The notes beneath the pieces were generated by a model. That model did not search any database. It was not told where the DNA came from and saw only the letters and a list, made by a program, of their open reading frames with translations. A DNA stretch of 63,979 nucleotides, the filler included, from Stramenopiles sp. TOSAG23-2 (Eukaryota): assembly GCA_900128395.1 (NCBI GenBank). It is 47 parts of 47 records of this genome, joined end to end, with 100 filler letters (N's around TTAATTAATTAA, not from the genome) between each part and the next. Parts side by side here need not be neighbours in the genome. Positions count along the whole stretch, not along the records: positions 51,178 to 52,369 come from LT653514.1; positions 52,470 to 53,661 come from LT653515.1; positions 53,762 to 54,952 come from LT653516.1; positions 55,053 to 56,243 come from LT653517.1; positions 56,344 to 57,533 come from LT653518.1; positions 57,634 to 58,823 come from LT653519.1; positions 58,924 to 60,112 come from LT653520.1; positions 60,213 to 61,401 come from LT653521.1; 39 more parts are not named here. One strand, given 5' to 3'. A program made the translations under genes and the position numbers. Every line of letters starts with the position of its first letter. Positions within the stretch are counted from its first letter, which is position 1. Shown in pieces: positions 51,388 to 63,651 of the stretch.

Positions 51388-52113
51388 TCATGGCGCTTGA
51401 CAATCCATAGATTCCACACCAACAAAAAATTCATCATTTGGTATATTTATATCAAAATCAATATCATACCAAAATGTTTCCACTTCATTTACAAAACCTT
51501 TTGGTAAACCGCTGAAAATCGATTCATAATATGATCCTGGATATACTTCACCTTGTATAAAATATGGATATACATTATCAAATTTTCTACATAATTCATT
51601 TTTAAAAAAAACAGTTCCAACATAAATTGCTTCCTCACTCCATGAATTATTAAAAATTGGATTTTTATATGGTGCAATTAATGTACAACTAGCTTTTGAA
51701 TCGTCAATATTATTATTATTATTATTATTATTATTACGAATACCATCATCTTGTATTAAATACATTTGTTGTTTATTACCTAAAAAAATATCAGCAAAAT
51801 TTACATATGATGATTTTGATGTATCATTTGTCGGTCCATAAAACCATTGTACATGTCCATATTGTTTATTTTTATCCGCATTATAATAATGTTTTCCATC
51901 AAACGTACAATCTGGACATAACCTTGATTTATTAGTTGTTATTAAATGTGCTGTATATGTAGCAGCCGTTGGAAATGGTCTCGGGGTTATTTTTTGCCCA
52001 TGACTATTGGATATGAATAATAACAATAATAATAATAATAACATGATGATGAACAAGATACTACTACTACTATTACGTTTTAATGATAAAGATATATACA
52101 ACGACATTGGCAT
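51388..52113 (-). CDS. Secreted protein, possibly ependymin-related fold
   Basis: Signal peptide; G.HYY; SC...IF..W...A.YVG......C. Confidence 0.4.
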   Translation of the reverse strand: MPMSLYISLSLKRNSSSSILFIIMLLLLLLLLFISNSHGQKITPRPFPTAATYTAHLITTNKSRLCPDCTFDGKHYYNADKNKQYGHVQWFYGPTNDTSKSSYVNFADIFLGNKQQMYLIQDDGIRNNNNNNNNNIDDSKASCTLIAPYKNPIFNNSWSEEAIYVGTVFFKNELCRKFDNVYPYFIQGEVYPGSYYESIFSGLPKGFVNEVETFWYDIDFDINIPNDEFFVGVESMDCQAP

Positions 52114-53763
52114 AAATAATAATATAATGTATTTAGATTTTCACAATGAATATACAGCTAAGATGTGTTTAATTTCATTTGTTTTCTTTCCTTTTTCTTC
52201 GTATAATATGTATTTCACTTATAATATATTATACACTAAAATATACATCTTCTAATTCCCCATTCAATATAAAAATACATATACGAAAACATTCGAAGGC
52301 GGTACATATATATTAAGTTATTATATCCACTGCGGTTATTAAAATATTTTTTACGAATTCGTCGTACAANNNNNNNNNNNNNNNNNNNNNNNNNNNNNNN
52401 NNNNNNNNNNNNNTTAATTAATTAANNNNNNNNNNNNNNNNNNNNNNNNNNNNNNNNNNNNNNNNNNNNCAAGTGTAGACAACAACCAATTCCTTGACCA
52501 TACAGGCCAGCAAAAAGCAGGATTTTAAGATTTATCAACTACTACAACAACCTTCTTCCAACATGATACATAATATTGTATATTTGAACGAACAAGTATT
52601 TAAAATAATGTTAGAGAAGCCAAGAAATGAGTTGAGTTACATCAATAAGTTAGCACAACTACACCAGCAAAGAAGTGAAGCAATACAGAGTATGAAGCTA
52701 AAGGGAGATGAAAAATCTCGAATCTAATACTAGGTAAAAATGAACCAAGTGCGCAGTTGAAAGTTATTATTTATTTGTTTTTAAACTTATGTTAGTTATT
52801 TGTAAATATATTAAAGTTATATTCAAATACAACTATATGCTTACTAAATGATTGAAATAACATTGACTGATTCACAATTAACGGATGGAATTTTAGAATG
52901 TATGTTAGCCAAAAAAGGTCCTTGTCAAACAGTATCTGGTGCTCTGAATTATGAACGTTTTTAGAAAACATGTATCCTGGTCTGTCATAAAGCATACACA
53001 CAGCATCATTTTCCATTAATTTAAGGTACCTGGTATTCATCTTTTCTTCAAAATCGAGGAAGATGAAAACCGAATTTCATCATAAAATAAAATGGGGAGG
53101 AATATATAAATACTCAAAATATATATATGTACATCATTTAACAGAATGAAATAGACATACAGACAAATGTAGATAAAAACATATCTATACATACCAAGAC
53201 AATATCAACCATTCACATATATATACAACACACAATGCGTACACCATTTCATCAACGTTACAATAATGATAATAATAAGTACAAATTATTCATCCATAAA
53301 CAACAACAACAACAACGTTCTTCTACATTTATCTCAACCAAGAAATGTTATCATTTCATATTTATCATATACATGATCATGATCATATTCGATCATGAAA
53401 CGGTAAATGCTTTAAATATTCGTACAAATATACAAAATAAAAAGCCAGGAGAACCTGCAAAACGTGCACCACCTCAAAAATTATTAGATGCTATCTTTGG
53501 TAAAAAAAATAGCAATGTGATGGTAGATCAAATGAAATATAATCCACATTTAAGAATAAAAGAAGAACGTGCTAAAGTATTATTTCGTTTTAAGACTGGT
53601 GAAATTAAAAATCCAAGAAAAGAACTTGTACGTATGGAACGTGAATATAGATTTAAACAAGNNNNNNNNNNNNNNNNNNNNNNNNNNNNNNNNNNNNNNN
53701 NNNNNTTAATTAATTAANNNNNNNNNNNNNNNNNNNNNNNNNNNNNNNNNNNNNNNNNNNNCA

Positions 53764-54642
53764 GGTAGTAATCTTCTTGACGTAGATACAATAGAATATA
53801 TAATAAAACAAGGTTTCGATATCACACTACAAAATCATAAACAACAAAATATACTACAAATATTTACAAACGTATTCACAACAATAGAAAAACCATCTAA
53901 AACTATATTGTCAGTTAATGAATATATGAAACGTTTCTATATATGGGAAAAAGTATGTATCCTGAAAAGCTCAGAATCGATAGAAACTGTACAGAATATG
54001 GCACGATTACTAAAAATAAACTTTACAAGTATAACTCCCAGACAAGACCTGTGTCAGAAAATAATGGACAAAATTTACACAAATACAACTACATCCACAC
54101 AACCCACTCGCAACTCTATAGTTGAACATACTACACAAACACTTGCAAACTATATAAAAAAAGACAAATGGTTAAGTGAATATTTTAAAGGTAATTACCA
54201 ACAAAAAGACAAATATTATCATCATATGCCAATTGGAAGTGAACGTTTATTGAATATGTATGCAAAATACTCTGGACCAGATATAGAATTGTTTAGAGGA
54301 TACTCTTTTGAAAATTTAGATGAAGCAAGAAATTGGCACAATAGAGAAGTACGCGAGATCTCAAACTCAGATACCATTTTATTAAAAACATCAGGAATGA
54401 CATCTTGGAGTAGTGATTACATTGTTTCAAAACAATTTGCACAAAATGGTCAATATGGGATCGTATTGAGTAAAAAATTCTCAAAAGATGATTGGAAAAA
54501 TCTATGGGATGTACGGAGATTAAGTCACCTAACTCATGAATTTGAATTTTTTGTCAAATCTGGTGTTTACAAATGCCATATCGAAGACGTTTATAAAGAC
54601 GAAATTCAACCTATAAAATCCATACACTCTTGGAAAGAATAA
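53764..54642 (+). CDS. Ankyrin + helical linker + R-S-E-type ADP-ribosyltransferase domain (5' truncated), virus-like
   Basis: Frame open from the contig edge (IEYIIKQGFDITLQNHKQQNIL); LFRG, TSWSSD...FA and EFEF motifs. Confidence 0.65.
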   Translation, partial: GSNLLDVDTIEYIIKQGFDITLQNHKQQNILQIFTNVFTTIEKPSKTILSVNEYMKRFYIWEKVCILKSSESIETVQNMARLLKINFTSITPRQDLCQKIMDKIYTNTTTSTQPTRNSIVEHTTQTLANYIKKDKWLSEYFKGNYQQKDKYYHHMPIGSERLLNMYAKYSGPDIELFRGYSFENLDEARNWHNREVREISNSDTILLKTSGMTSWSSDYIVSKQFAQNGQYGIVLSKKFSKDDWKNLWDVRRLSHLTHEFEFFVKSGVYKCHIEDVYKDEIQPIKSIHSWKE

Positions 54643-54677
54643 TGAACAACGTAAAAAAAATCTCACCAAAAAGCAAG

Positions 54678-54952
54678 TTACACGTTAATTATCACAATCT
54701 CTGACGATTCTTTGGACTTGTTCATACCATAACTCCAACTCGTTGGTACCAGTGTGTAATCTTTATATAAATCCTTGATGTAATCACAGTTATTATACGT
54801 CAATACCCAACTCTTGCGTTTCGACAAACATTCGAACAATTTGACGTGATCAAAAGACTCGTGAAGATCACCATTATTACCATACAATTTCGAGTCCTTT
54901 CCCAAGTAATATGGCGGATCCAAAAATAATAGACAATTGCCTAGTGTACCCG
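54678..54952 (-). CDS. Dam/D12-class DNA adenine methyltransferase, C-terminal part, NCLDV-like
   Basis: LFLDPPYY..., FDH..L, W.LTYN...I..LY, W.YGM and EI.I. Confidence 0.85.
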
Positions 54953-55429
54953 NNNNNNNNNNNNNNNNNNNNNNNNNNNNNNNNNNNNNNNNNNNNTTAA
55001 TTAATTAANNNNNNNNNNNNNNNNNNNNNNNNNNNNNNNNNNNNNNNNNNNNTAGGATAGGGGATTGTATATGTAATCGTACTTAGAGTATACAATGAGG
55101 AAGGAATGTATTAAATGAATCGCAAAAAAAAAAAGAGGACAACTAGACTAATAAATTCGAAATAAATGCACACTCAGCACAGCACAATAAAAAAAATGAA
55201 TAATAATGATACCAGGTACTAGGCACCTACCACCTGGTGGTAGTAATTAGAGTAATATAAAATAAGCCATAATAATTCGAATAATAATATAACTAAAAAT
55301 AATAATAATAATAATTACATGTATATTATGAAGGATGCACATGCATCATCTACATCGCCCGCCACGCTTTACAAAACACAAAACACATTTATTAGATACC
55401 TGCACATTTATTTATCATCGTTGCAACGC

Positions 55430-56243
55430 TTACTCCAAGACGAGTATGGAAATAGTGGGGAGAGGTTGTAAAATTTTTCATATTTCATTAGCTTGTTACT
55501 TGTTAACAAATAAAATATTTAAACTCTCTAGACCAAAATATTTTTGGTTCACTTAATATGACAATTCTCTATAAGAAATAAGTGCACCTTGAAATATATA
55601 TAAATTAAGTTTGGGAGGAAATGATTATAGGCGCCGTCAAATTTTGCTCCAACAGTTGCTGCAGTTCATGACCTTCATCAATACTATGAAAAAAGTTTTG
55701 GGAGTAAATGAATATAGGAGCTGATTTTTTTTGCTCCAAAAGTAAAAACATGATGTTATTGTTGTATGTAACATAAGAAAAAGATTGGGAGTAAATGAAT
55801 ATAGGAGCTAAAAAATTTTGCTCCAAATTTCTGGTTCAGTTAATTTACACATTCTCTATAAGAAATAAGTGAACCATAAATTATCTAAAAGTTTTGGAGT
55901 AAATGAATATAGGAGCTGAATTTTTTTGCTCCAAAAATCTTGACGGCGTATAGTATAGTCATTGTAATAAATAACCTATGTAAATTCATACTTGAACACC
56001 ACATATGAAGAATAATATTTTGTGATAGAATAGGAGTAAATGAATATAGGAGCTTAATTTTTTTGCTCCAAAAATCTTGACGGCGTGGAGTACACTAATG
56101 GTAATAAAATAACCTATGTAAATTCATACTTGAACATCACACTCACCCTCGAAATCTGATTTCATTTGTCCTATGGCAAATCGCGCGTCTAATGCTAAAC
56201 ACATGTTTTTCATTTTTGCACTATTAGCAGGTAGACATTATTT
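55430..56243. mobile_element. Variant 2 of the element at 4457-5659, lacking the MTase
   Basis: Block B (55430-55500) and block A (56069-56240) in the same order as the reverse complement of contig 2. Confidence 0.65.
55614..56069. repeat. Five 37-nt palindromic repeats GGAGTAAATGAATATAGGAGCT...TTTTGCTCC with 50/50/71/100-nt spacers
   Basis: 55614-50 (degenerate), 55701-37, 55788-824, 55896-932 and 56033-69. Confidence 0.9.
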
Positions 56244-57004
56244 NNNNNNNNNNNNNNNNNNNNNNNNNNNNNNNNNNNNNNNNNNNNTTAATTAATTAAN
56301 NNNNNNNNNNNNNNNNNNNNNNNNNNNNNNNNNNNNNNNNNNNCCATGTGGACTAATATGTCTACTATGAATCGTGCACGTTTTAATGCGTAGATTTTAA
56401 AAAAGAAGTTAAAAGAAGAGTTAAGGTGTTTTCGTTTTTTTTCCTACCTATCTACCATCCCAATGGATCGTAAATTAGTATACTAATATGTGATAAATAT
56501 GCACAATCGATTATTAAGTGTATATATTAGTATATGTAATAACCCAATCCCCAAATGAAGATATAGGGGTGCTGGGTTCGTAAAATCTGCCTATCAACCC
56601 TCCACCTGGATTTTACGTTAATATACTAACATGTATCAAAATGTTACCGATTGATTTTATGTACTTATTACTATATACAATACTCCTTCCATGATGTTGA
56701 TATAGGGAATCCGGCCCGGTTTGCAGAAGAATAAAAAAATATCAAAAAATTTCAAAAAATTGCAAAATTGCATGAATGGACACATTTACACATGTGATAG
56801 ACAAGTTTCTTCCCGTCTTCCCTCTGGTGTAATGACAAAAAAAGACAATTTAATATAGATTAAATACATATTTATAAGATAACTACTATATTTTTATCCA
56901 TTGTCGAATATACCACCCGACAACTCATACGCTTTTTTTTTCTTTTTTTCGAATCATTGGTTCCATTGGATAATTATATATAATTGACTCTTTAATTTAC
57001 AATA

Positions 57005-57250
57005 ATGATGACGAGAAAATGGGTACGACAATCAATAAACGTATATATCAGTGTTATCATAATATATATGTTAAAATTATTTGATAATGTTCACGGTATC
57101 GAATGGGATTGTGTTTCATCAACAAATACTGGGATATTTACACGGTCGATAAATTGTATGATTTCTGGAAATAATCATGTTGATGTATCGAATACATTGG
57201 AAATGTTAAAAAAAATCCTCCATCTCTCATCTCCTCAGGGATCTCTATGA
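57005..57250 (+). pseudogene. Truncated secreted/surface-protein N-terminus
   Basis: Signal-like stretch, WDC...TGIFTRS.NC.ISG, then an abrupt end. Confidence 0.3.
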
Positions 57251-58326
57251 TACGAACGTATTAATGATTAAATACTCGTACGTAATACGTATTAATATTT
57301 AATATATATGCATACGATATACGGCGTATATAATATTTTACGCACATGTAGGTTTTTAGGTTTTTTATATATATTTTGTACCAAAATTTTTTTAATTTTA
57401 CTCATTACAAACTTCGTACACTCTGATAATTTCCTTAATTCTCCTTTCAAAAGAATACATTTTTTGAGGAGATCATTAATAAAAATTTTTATAAATATTC
57501 ATTTGGATGTACGATATCAACGACTAAAATAATNNNNNNNNNNNNNNNNNNNNNNNNNNNNNNNNNNNNNNNNNNNNTTAATTAATTAANNNNNNNNNNN
57601 NNNNNNNNNNNNNNNNNNNNNNNNNNNNNNNNNTTTAAATGCATGGATAAATGAAATAAATGTTGGGATAAATGTATTGTTGCAAGATGCGAATGTATGA
57701 GTGAGAAGTTGGGTGGAAAGGGCATATCATAGTATATAACCCTAAAGTTATACGAAGTCGTACGTTCGTACGAATTTGTATGCATACGAATCTCGTGTAA
57801 TAATTTTACTTTCCTGTGGTAAATACTACGGAATACAAACTTAGTACGAGTTCGTACGACGTAATATCTATTTCAAAAAAAAATATTCGTATACTCGTAC
57901 GATCGTACGGTTCGTACGACGTATTTTTTATAATACTCGTGTACATATAAAACTAATTTTTTGTACGATTCGTATGATATATAATATGATATTACAATGA
58001 CCGCGTATCATATTTATAAATTTATTTTATGGGTTAAATATAAATGATCTGGTTAAAATCTACGTCGTACCGAGTAGTCTTCTCGTGTTAAGTACGAGTA
58101 TAATATATGCTCAATACTCAATCGCAAGAATAATATTCTATCCTACTGTAAGTAAAGCTCTAATGCACCTCTGCAAGCATGAGTAGCTTTCTATCCTTCC
58201 ATGCGCGCTCGTTGAACGGGCTGGTATATTTAATAAATGATGATATGTATATATATTTACATCATTTTTATATTTACATATATAATATAAAAAAAATACA
58301 TGATGCGTTGTATAACCAAAAAAAAA

Positions 58327-58823
58327 TTATGTTTTCCTTTTCACCTTACTACTACTACTACTACTACTACTCCCATGAAAAAAGGCATTAATGAATTTCC
58401 GTTTTGCATCTGTTCTGTTAGTAACATTACGAAATAATTTTTCAATTCGACGACGATCATTTGCATCTTTATAGACAGTAGGAATTATCTTTGTTGGTTT
58501 AACAAATTTAATATATTCCAATATTTCATTATAATTACTATGTTCAGAATAAGGAATAATTTTAACAATACATTGAACCCCATTAAAAAATTTTGTTTGA
58601 GTGGCATTTTTTTTGTTATATTTAGATCCATCTGCCCAACCACTAGGTATGAATCCTAGTATTTTCTTTACATAAGTATTGTCATTACTTTTTTCTTCTT
58701 CATCTTGAATAAATTTATTCATATTATCATAATTTGGCCGAAAATAAGGCCATAATTCACCACAAAAACCCATTTTTACACAACAAATGAAAGTTGAACT
58801 TGCATCAGTCGTAAAATATTGTT
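58327..58823 (-). CDS. SNM1/PSO2 (DCLRE1) beta-CASP nuclease, C-terminal DRMBL part
   Basis: GF.PSGW ... IPYSEHS.Y.E...I..VKP.KIIPTV. Confidence 0.85.
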
Positions 58824-58939
58824 NNNNNNNNNNNNNNNNNNNNNNNNNNNNNNNNNNNNNNNNNNNNTTAATTAATTAANNNNNNNNNNNNNNNNNNNNN
58901 NNNNNNNNNNNNNNNNNNNNNNNTAGTAGGATAGCATAT

Positions 58940-59380
58940 TTATTCGCGAGATTGAGTATAAGGATAAATCAAGTTATGGGGAGCTAGTGTGGTGTTAGTA
59001 ATAAAATTGCTGGTAAAAACCCAATTGGTAGTATTTTGTATAAAATCAACAAGTGTTAGGCTTGATATTAAACTAAAAATAATAAAAGCGCATAAAATTC
59101 CAATAAGAATAATAATTGTTGTTTTCCTTGTCTTTATCGTAAATGTACAAGCTTTCTTTGAATTATTTTCTTCTATTAACTTTCTAGATCGTCGCCTTCT
59201 CCGTTTCTTTCTATGTCTTTGTCCTGATATTGATTCATCTCCAAATAATGGATTAAAATGCATTTCTCCTGTTATATTTTTTTGTAAAAAATCATGTATG
59301 TCGTTTGTTGTAGAAGAAGAAGTTGTCATTTCACTCGATCTTTTTTCATCTAATTTTTTATTTACATAAAGCGGTTTCAT
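58940..59380 (-). CDS. Single-TM protein N-terminus running into a family A repeat
   Basis: TM segment; the last codons are repeat-derived. Confidence 0.4.
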   Translation of the reverse strand: MKPLYVNKKLDEKRSSEMTTSSSTTNDIHDFLQKNITGEMHFNPLFGDESISGQRHRKKRRRRRSRKLIEENNSKKACTFTIKTRKTTIIILIGILCAFIIFSLISSLTLVDFIQNTTNWVFTSNFITNTTLAPHNLIYPYTQSRE

Positions 59381-59599
59381 TGTTGTTCTTTGCTATAATA
59401 TCTATAACTCTCTCTATACATATATATCTTTCTCTTTCACATAATATATATATGTATGTATGTATATATATCCACTATAATTCCATTTTAATTTCATACG
59501 CCATGTACATGTTCTGTTTATACAGTTTATATTAAGCTACATGTATATTATATGTGTATAATATGTGCATACTATGTAATGCAACTAATATGTCATTAA

Positions 59600-59817
59600 A
59601 AAATTGATACAGTATAGTGCTATAGTAAATGAGAAATATGTATATATCGTTTTCTAAAATGCCAATTATATTTTTCATATAGTTGTAAAAAATAGCAAAT
59701 ATCCGTAAATATAGAAAAAATGATGAATATTTCCCCCATAGTGAATAGTGTTCAGTGCACAGTTTTCTCACGGTTTAGAGGGTAGCCAGCCAGGCCAGGG
59801 TGCCAGGGTAGCACTGC
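59600..59817 (+). mobile_element. MITE family B copy (right TIR intact)
   Basis: cccatagtgaatagtgttcagtgcacag...gtttagagggtagc...actg. Confidence 0.65.
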
Positions 59818-60425
59818 GTTCGTTTAGTCCACATCATTTTAATTTCAATCTCATCATACCTGGTATACAGATGTTTGCAACCAACACCGGACAGTGAGTG
59901 AGAGAGAGAGACATGCAAGAAAAAAAAAAAATTATTAAATCGGGATTTAGCATATTAGCATATAAATAGCATTAAAATACATGATTTTGACTAAAAATTA
60001 AATCGGGTTTTAATAATTTCAATAATCTACCTGGTATGTATCAATAATCTACCTGGTATGTATAAAAATTATTAAAACCCGATTTAATTTTTAGTCAAAA
60101 TCATGTATTTTANNNNNNNNNNNNNNNNNNNNNNNNNNNNNNNNNNNNNNNNNNNNTTAATTAATTAANNNNNNNNNNNNNNNNNNNNNNNNNNNNNNNN
60201 NNNNNNNNNNNNATCGTTCTTTGCGCTTTCGCTCTCTTTCTTCATTTCGTATTTGCACAACTTTCAATTCGTTTAATAACTTTTGTCTTGCACGCTGTTC
60301 TTTTTCTTTTAGCTTTTGTTTTTCCAACAATTGTTGATCTTCTTTTTTCTTCTTTATTTCTTTAATTTTCTTCAATTTCATCGTGTTCTTCTTTTTCTTT
60401 TGAAGCATTTTCTTGCGCTAGACTT

Positions 60426-61259
60426 TTGTTTAATATTTTTACATCACGAGGAGGTGCCGATGCACAGCGGTTATTGACATTTGAAGAGGTTAGACGATCA
60501 AACTTAACAATCGATTTAGGAGAATGGTTAATTATGCTTAATAAATTGGAATTGTACCCACCCTTGGATAAAATGACTCTTACAGCAATATTTCACAAAG
60601 CATTAAACCATTTGAGAGGGCTAGGGATGGAAATTGACGAGCAAGAATTAGATTATACTGGTTTCCTAACTGCTATACGGATATTGGTTGAAAACTTTGC
60701 TTGCGCCGGCTTAATTGTGGAAGACATTGATGAAAATGGTGATGGGAGTGAAATGGCGTTGCGTATGAAACAATGGTCGTTGCATCGGAAGCAGCAATCG
60801 TTGCGATTGCCATTTGATAACTGGGAACGATTCTGGGAATGGTTTAAAGATGGCGCCGAGAAAAAATTAAAAGATTTTGGTGTTAAAAAGAAGCATTTAG
60901 ATGATTTAGAAATGAAACGATCCCTGGAGAAACAACAAGCATTCATAGATAGAAACTTAAAAAGGCGCGCGTCTTTAGCTCAAGATATGGAAGCAGCAAG
61001 AGAAGAAGCACTTGCAACGGGGAAAATAAAAGAAAAAGAACCAGATCGCATGGAGCGTCTACAAGGTTTCGGTTCCACATTAAAAATACATGAAGATGAA
61101 TTGAAATTGAAGAAGAAGAAAATCACTAGTAGAAAAAAAGTTAATAATAAAGACATTTATGGAAATATAATTGATGAGGAGAGGTATGGATATGGACACA
61201 ATACATTGGAGACATTACCTGTCAAATCTAAGCGTGCTGGTAAAGAAATGTTATGTTAA
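60426..61259 (+). CDS. Hypothetical protein with an EF-hand-like/coiled-coil region (fragment)
   Basis: Long ORF; ELDYTGFL.A. Confidence 0.5.
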   Translation: MFNIFTSRGGADAQRLLTFEEVRRSNLTIDLGEWLIMLNKLELYPPLDKMTLTAIFHKALNHLRGLGMEIDEQELDYTGFLTAIRILVENFACAGLIVEDIDENGDGSEMALRMKQWSLHRKQQSLRLPFDNWERFWEWFKDGAEKKLKDFGVKKKHLDDLEMKRSLEKQQAFIDRNLKRRASLAQDMEAAREEALATGKIKEKEPDRMERLQGFGSTLKIHEDELKLKKKKITSRKKVNNKDIYGNIIDEERYGYGHNTLETLPVKSKRAGKEMLC

Positions 61260-62147
61260 GTGGAAGCGTTGATTGAAATAACTGTTTCTAGATCACATCA
61301 AGATGGCAAGTCATATAATCAATTGGCAAAAGAAGCTACTTCTATCCGCGCCCGTAATGGTTTGTTGGAAATTATTAAAATTAGGAAACAAATGAAAATA
61401 TNNNNNNNNNNNNNNNNNNNNNNNNNNNNNNNNNNNNNNNNNNNNTTAATTAATTAANNNNNNNNNNNNNNNNNNNNNNNNNNNNNNNNNNNNNNNNNNN
61501 NATTTTTCTTGTTGTTAATATTGGTTCGTAAGTTTGAACCGTTTACTACTATTATAGCGATACTACTGTATAATATGATGATTTGTTTAAATAATACTTG
61601 CATTATGTGTTTGTAAATTTTTATGCTATTATTATTATTATTATTTCCTATTGTTTCTATCTGTTTTCACGATGTATTATATGTATGTATATATTATCGT
61701 GTTGTATATATGTATATATATCTTCGTCTTTTTTTCGTCTCAATATAAATTATATATACTATTCCTATTTTCGTTGTTTTGTTTTTTAACTAAAGTTTTT
61801 TTGTTGATAATAATATTTTATATATATATAATATCAATCTTAAAAATTATATTAATCTATATTATATTATTGTTCAAAACTACGTATGTACTTTCTTTAC
61901 TATATGTATTGAAGAAACAAAACACAAAAAACACACAAACGCGCACGCACACAAATACGCTTCTCAATGAATATTTGTATGAATGCAACGATCTTGTAAA
62001 CTGTTCTTTCACTGACTGTGTATCGGTTTGTTTCCACTTGTTCAAACTATCTATGTGTTTTTTATATATATTTATTTCAATAGTACGCAGTGTTATTTTG
62101 TTGTGTCGAAAAAGGAGGAGGAACGAGGTTGAGGACTCCTCCTCCTT

Positions 62148-62535
62148 TTTTTCATCGAAGGTTGAGTTTATAGTGCTGTGATCATGCTATTGTACGATAG
62201 GATGATCACAGCAGGTGTTTTTCATCGAATGTTGAGTGTATAGTGCTGTGATCATGCTATTGTACGATAGCATGATCACAGCAGGTGTTATAAAATTGAA
62301 AGATTAAACGGTGCATAGCATTGTAATCTATATTTGATAGCGATTTTTAATAGATTTAGTATATAATAAGTGCATATGTCACCTCCTCACAGACAAGGTT
62401 TATAATGCTGTGATCATGCTATTATAGGGAAAGCACCATCACAGCAGGTGTTATATAAAATTGAAATATTCTTTATTTGATAGCAGTTTTTAATAGATTT
62501 AGTATATAAAAAGTACAATATGTCACTCCTCACAG
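62148..62535. repeat. Tandem units containing a 17-bp-stem hairpin
   Basis: tgctgtgatcatgctat-tgtacg-atagcatgatcacagca at 62174 and 62244, degenerate copy at 62406. Confidence 0.85.
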
Positions 62536-62790
62536 CTCACATCACAGCTCACAGCAGTGTATGTGTATACAAGGTGTTTACCTCCGGGTTTGTATCCCTT
62601 GCTATGTCGATGCTATTAGAAATAGCAGTGAAAATGGCTGGAAAATATTCGCTTGTATCCCTTGCTGTGTGAATGCTATTATATTAGAGGNNNNNNNNNN
62701 NNNNNNNNNNNNNNNNNNNNNNNNNNNNNNNNNNTTAATTAATTAANNNNNNNNNNNNNNNNNNNNNNNNNNNNNNNNNNNNNNNNNNNN

Positions 62791-63127
62791 AGGTAAAATG
62801 GTATATGTAGAAGATTCAAATCATTCGGAAAAGCATCTTAACCATCATGCAGGTGATGTTTATGAAGGTGATTGGAAATATGATAATCGGGATGGAAATG
62901 GTACATATACATGGTCTAATGGTAATGTATATGTTGGTGAATATAAAGATGATAAGCAACATGGAAAAGGTACAATGACATTTAATAGTGGATCGATTAA
63001 AGGTGCTGTATATGTTGGTGAATATAAAGATGATAAGATGCATGGATATGGTAAATGGACTAAAGCAAATGGTTTCTTCTATCATGATGGAATGTGGAAA
63101 GATGGTGAACCAGTGTATGATGAATGA
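62791..63127 (+). CDS. MORN-repeat protein, C-terminal part
   Basis: YEGDW..D.RDG.G.YTW.NG..Y.GEY.DDK.HGKG repeats. Confidence 0.9.
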
Positions 63128-63651
63128 AAGAGAAAGCGGGGATTTTACTTCTACAGATTCTATAAAACTTTATAATTATTATCATCTATATTTACAATAT
63201 ACAATTAATACTATCCTTAATACCATTATTACTAAAATATTTCCCATTCCTTCAAAATTGGATTTCAATTACCAAAAAACTATGAAAAATCAACCATCGA
63301 AATATTTAAAAAATAGAATCAATATAAGCACTATATAGAAATGAAAAAGTATCAAACAATTTTATATCAAAATTCATTTCATCATTTCCTTCTTCCACCT
63401 AGAGTTCACTTGTTTCATTTCGATATACGAAAAGTATCATCGTTCTCTTACAGTATTTTTTTTTAATATATATACATATATATTTTATTAAAAAAATAAT
63501 TTTGCAACATCATTTGAAATTTTGAATATTTTTCTTTTTGAAAATTTTGGCATAAAATATTTGAAATTGTGAAAGCAAAGTTGTAAAACCATATTTAATA
63601 TATATATACAACACATAGAAAATACAAACAAAAACAACAATCCAAAATACT

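Noticed and set aside
5094-54952. The two DNA methylases as one restriction-modification locus
   Set aside because: Different contigs and different MTase families; no endonuclease seen
55614-56069. Bona fide CRISPR array
   Set aside because: Spacer lengths vary from 50 to 100 nt, spacers 3 and 4 duplicate neighbouring element sequence, no cas genes are visible and the context is eukaryotic; kept only as a repeat-spacer array
59973-60112. 47-bp inverted repeat enclosing a 22-nt direct repeat, as an origin or hairpin telomere
   Set aside because: Runs exactly to the contig end; the pattern fits a template-switch chimera
60213-60430. Divergent genes with no promoter space (also around 10680)
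   Set aside because: Coding strand flips abruptly mid-sequence; best explained as MDA inversion chimeras
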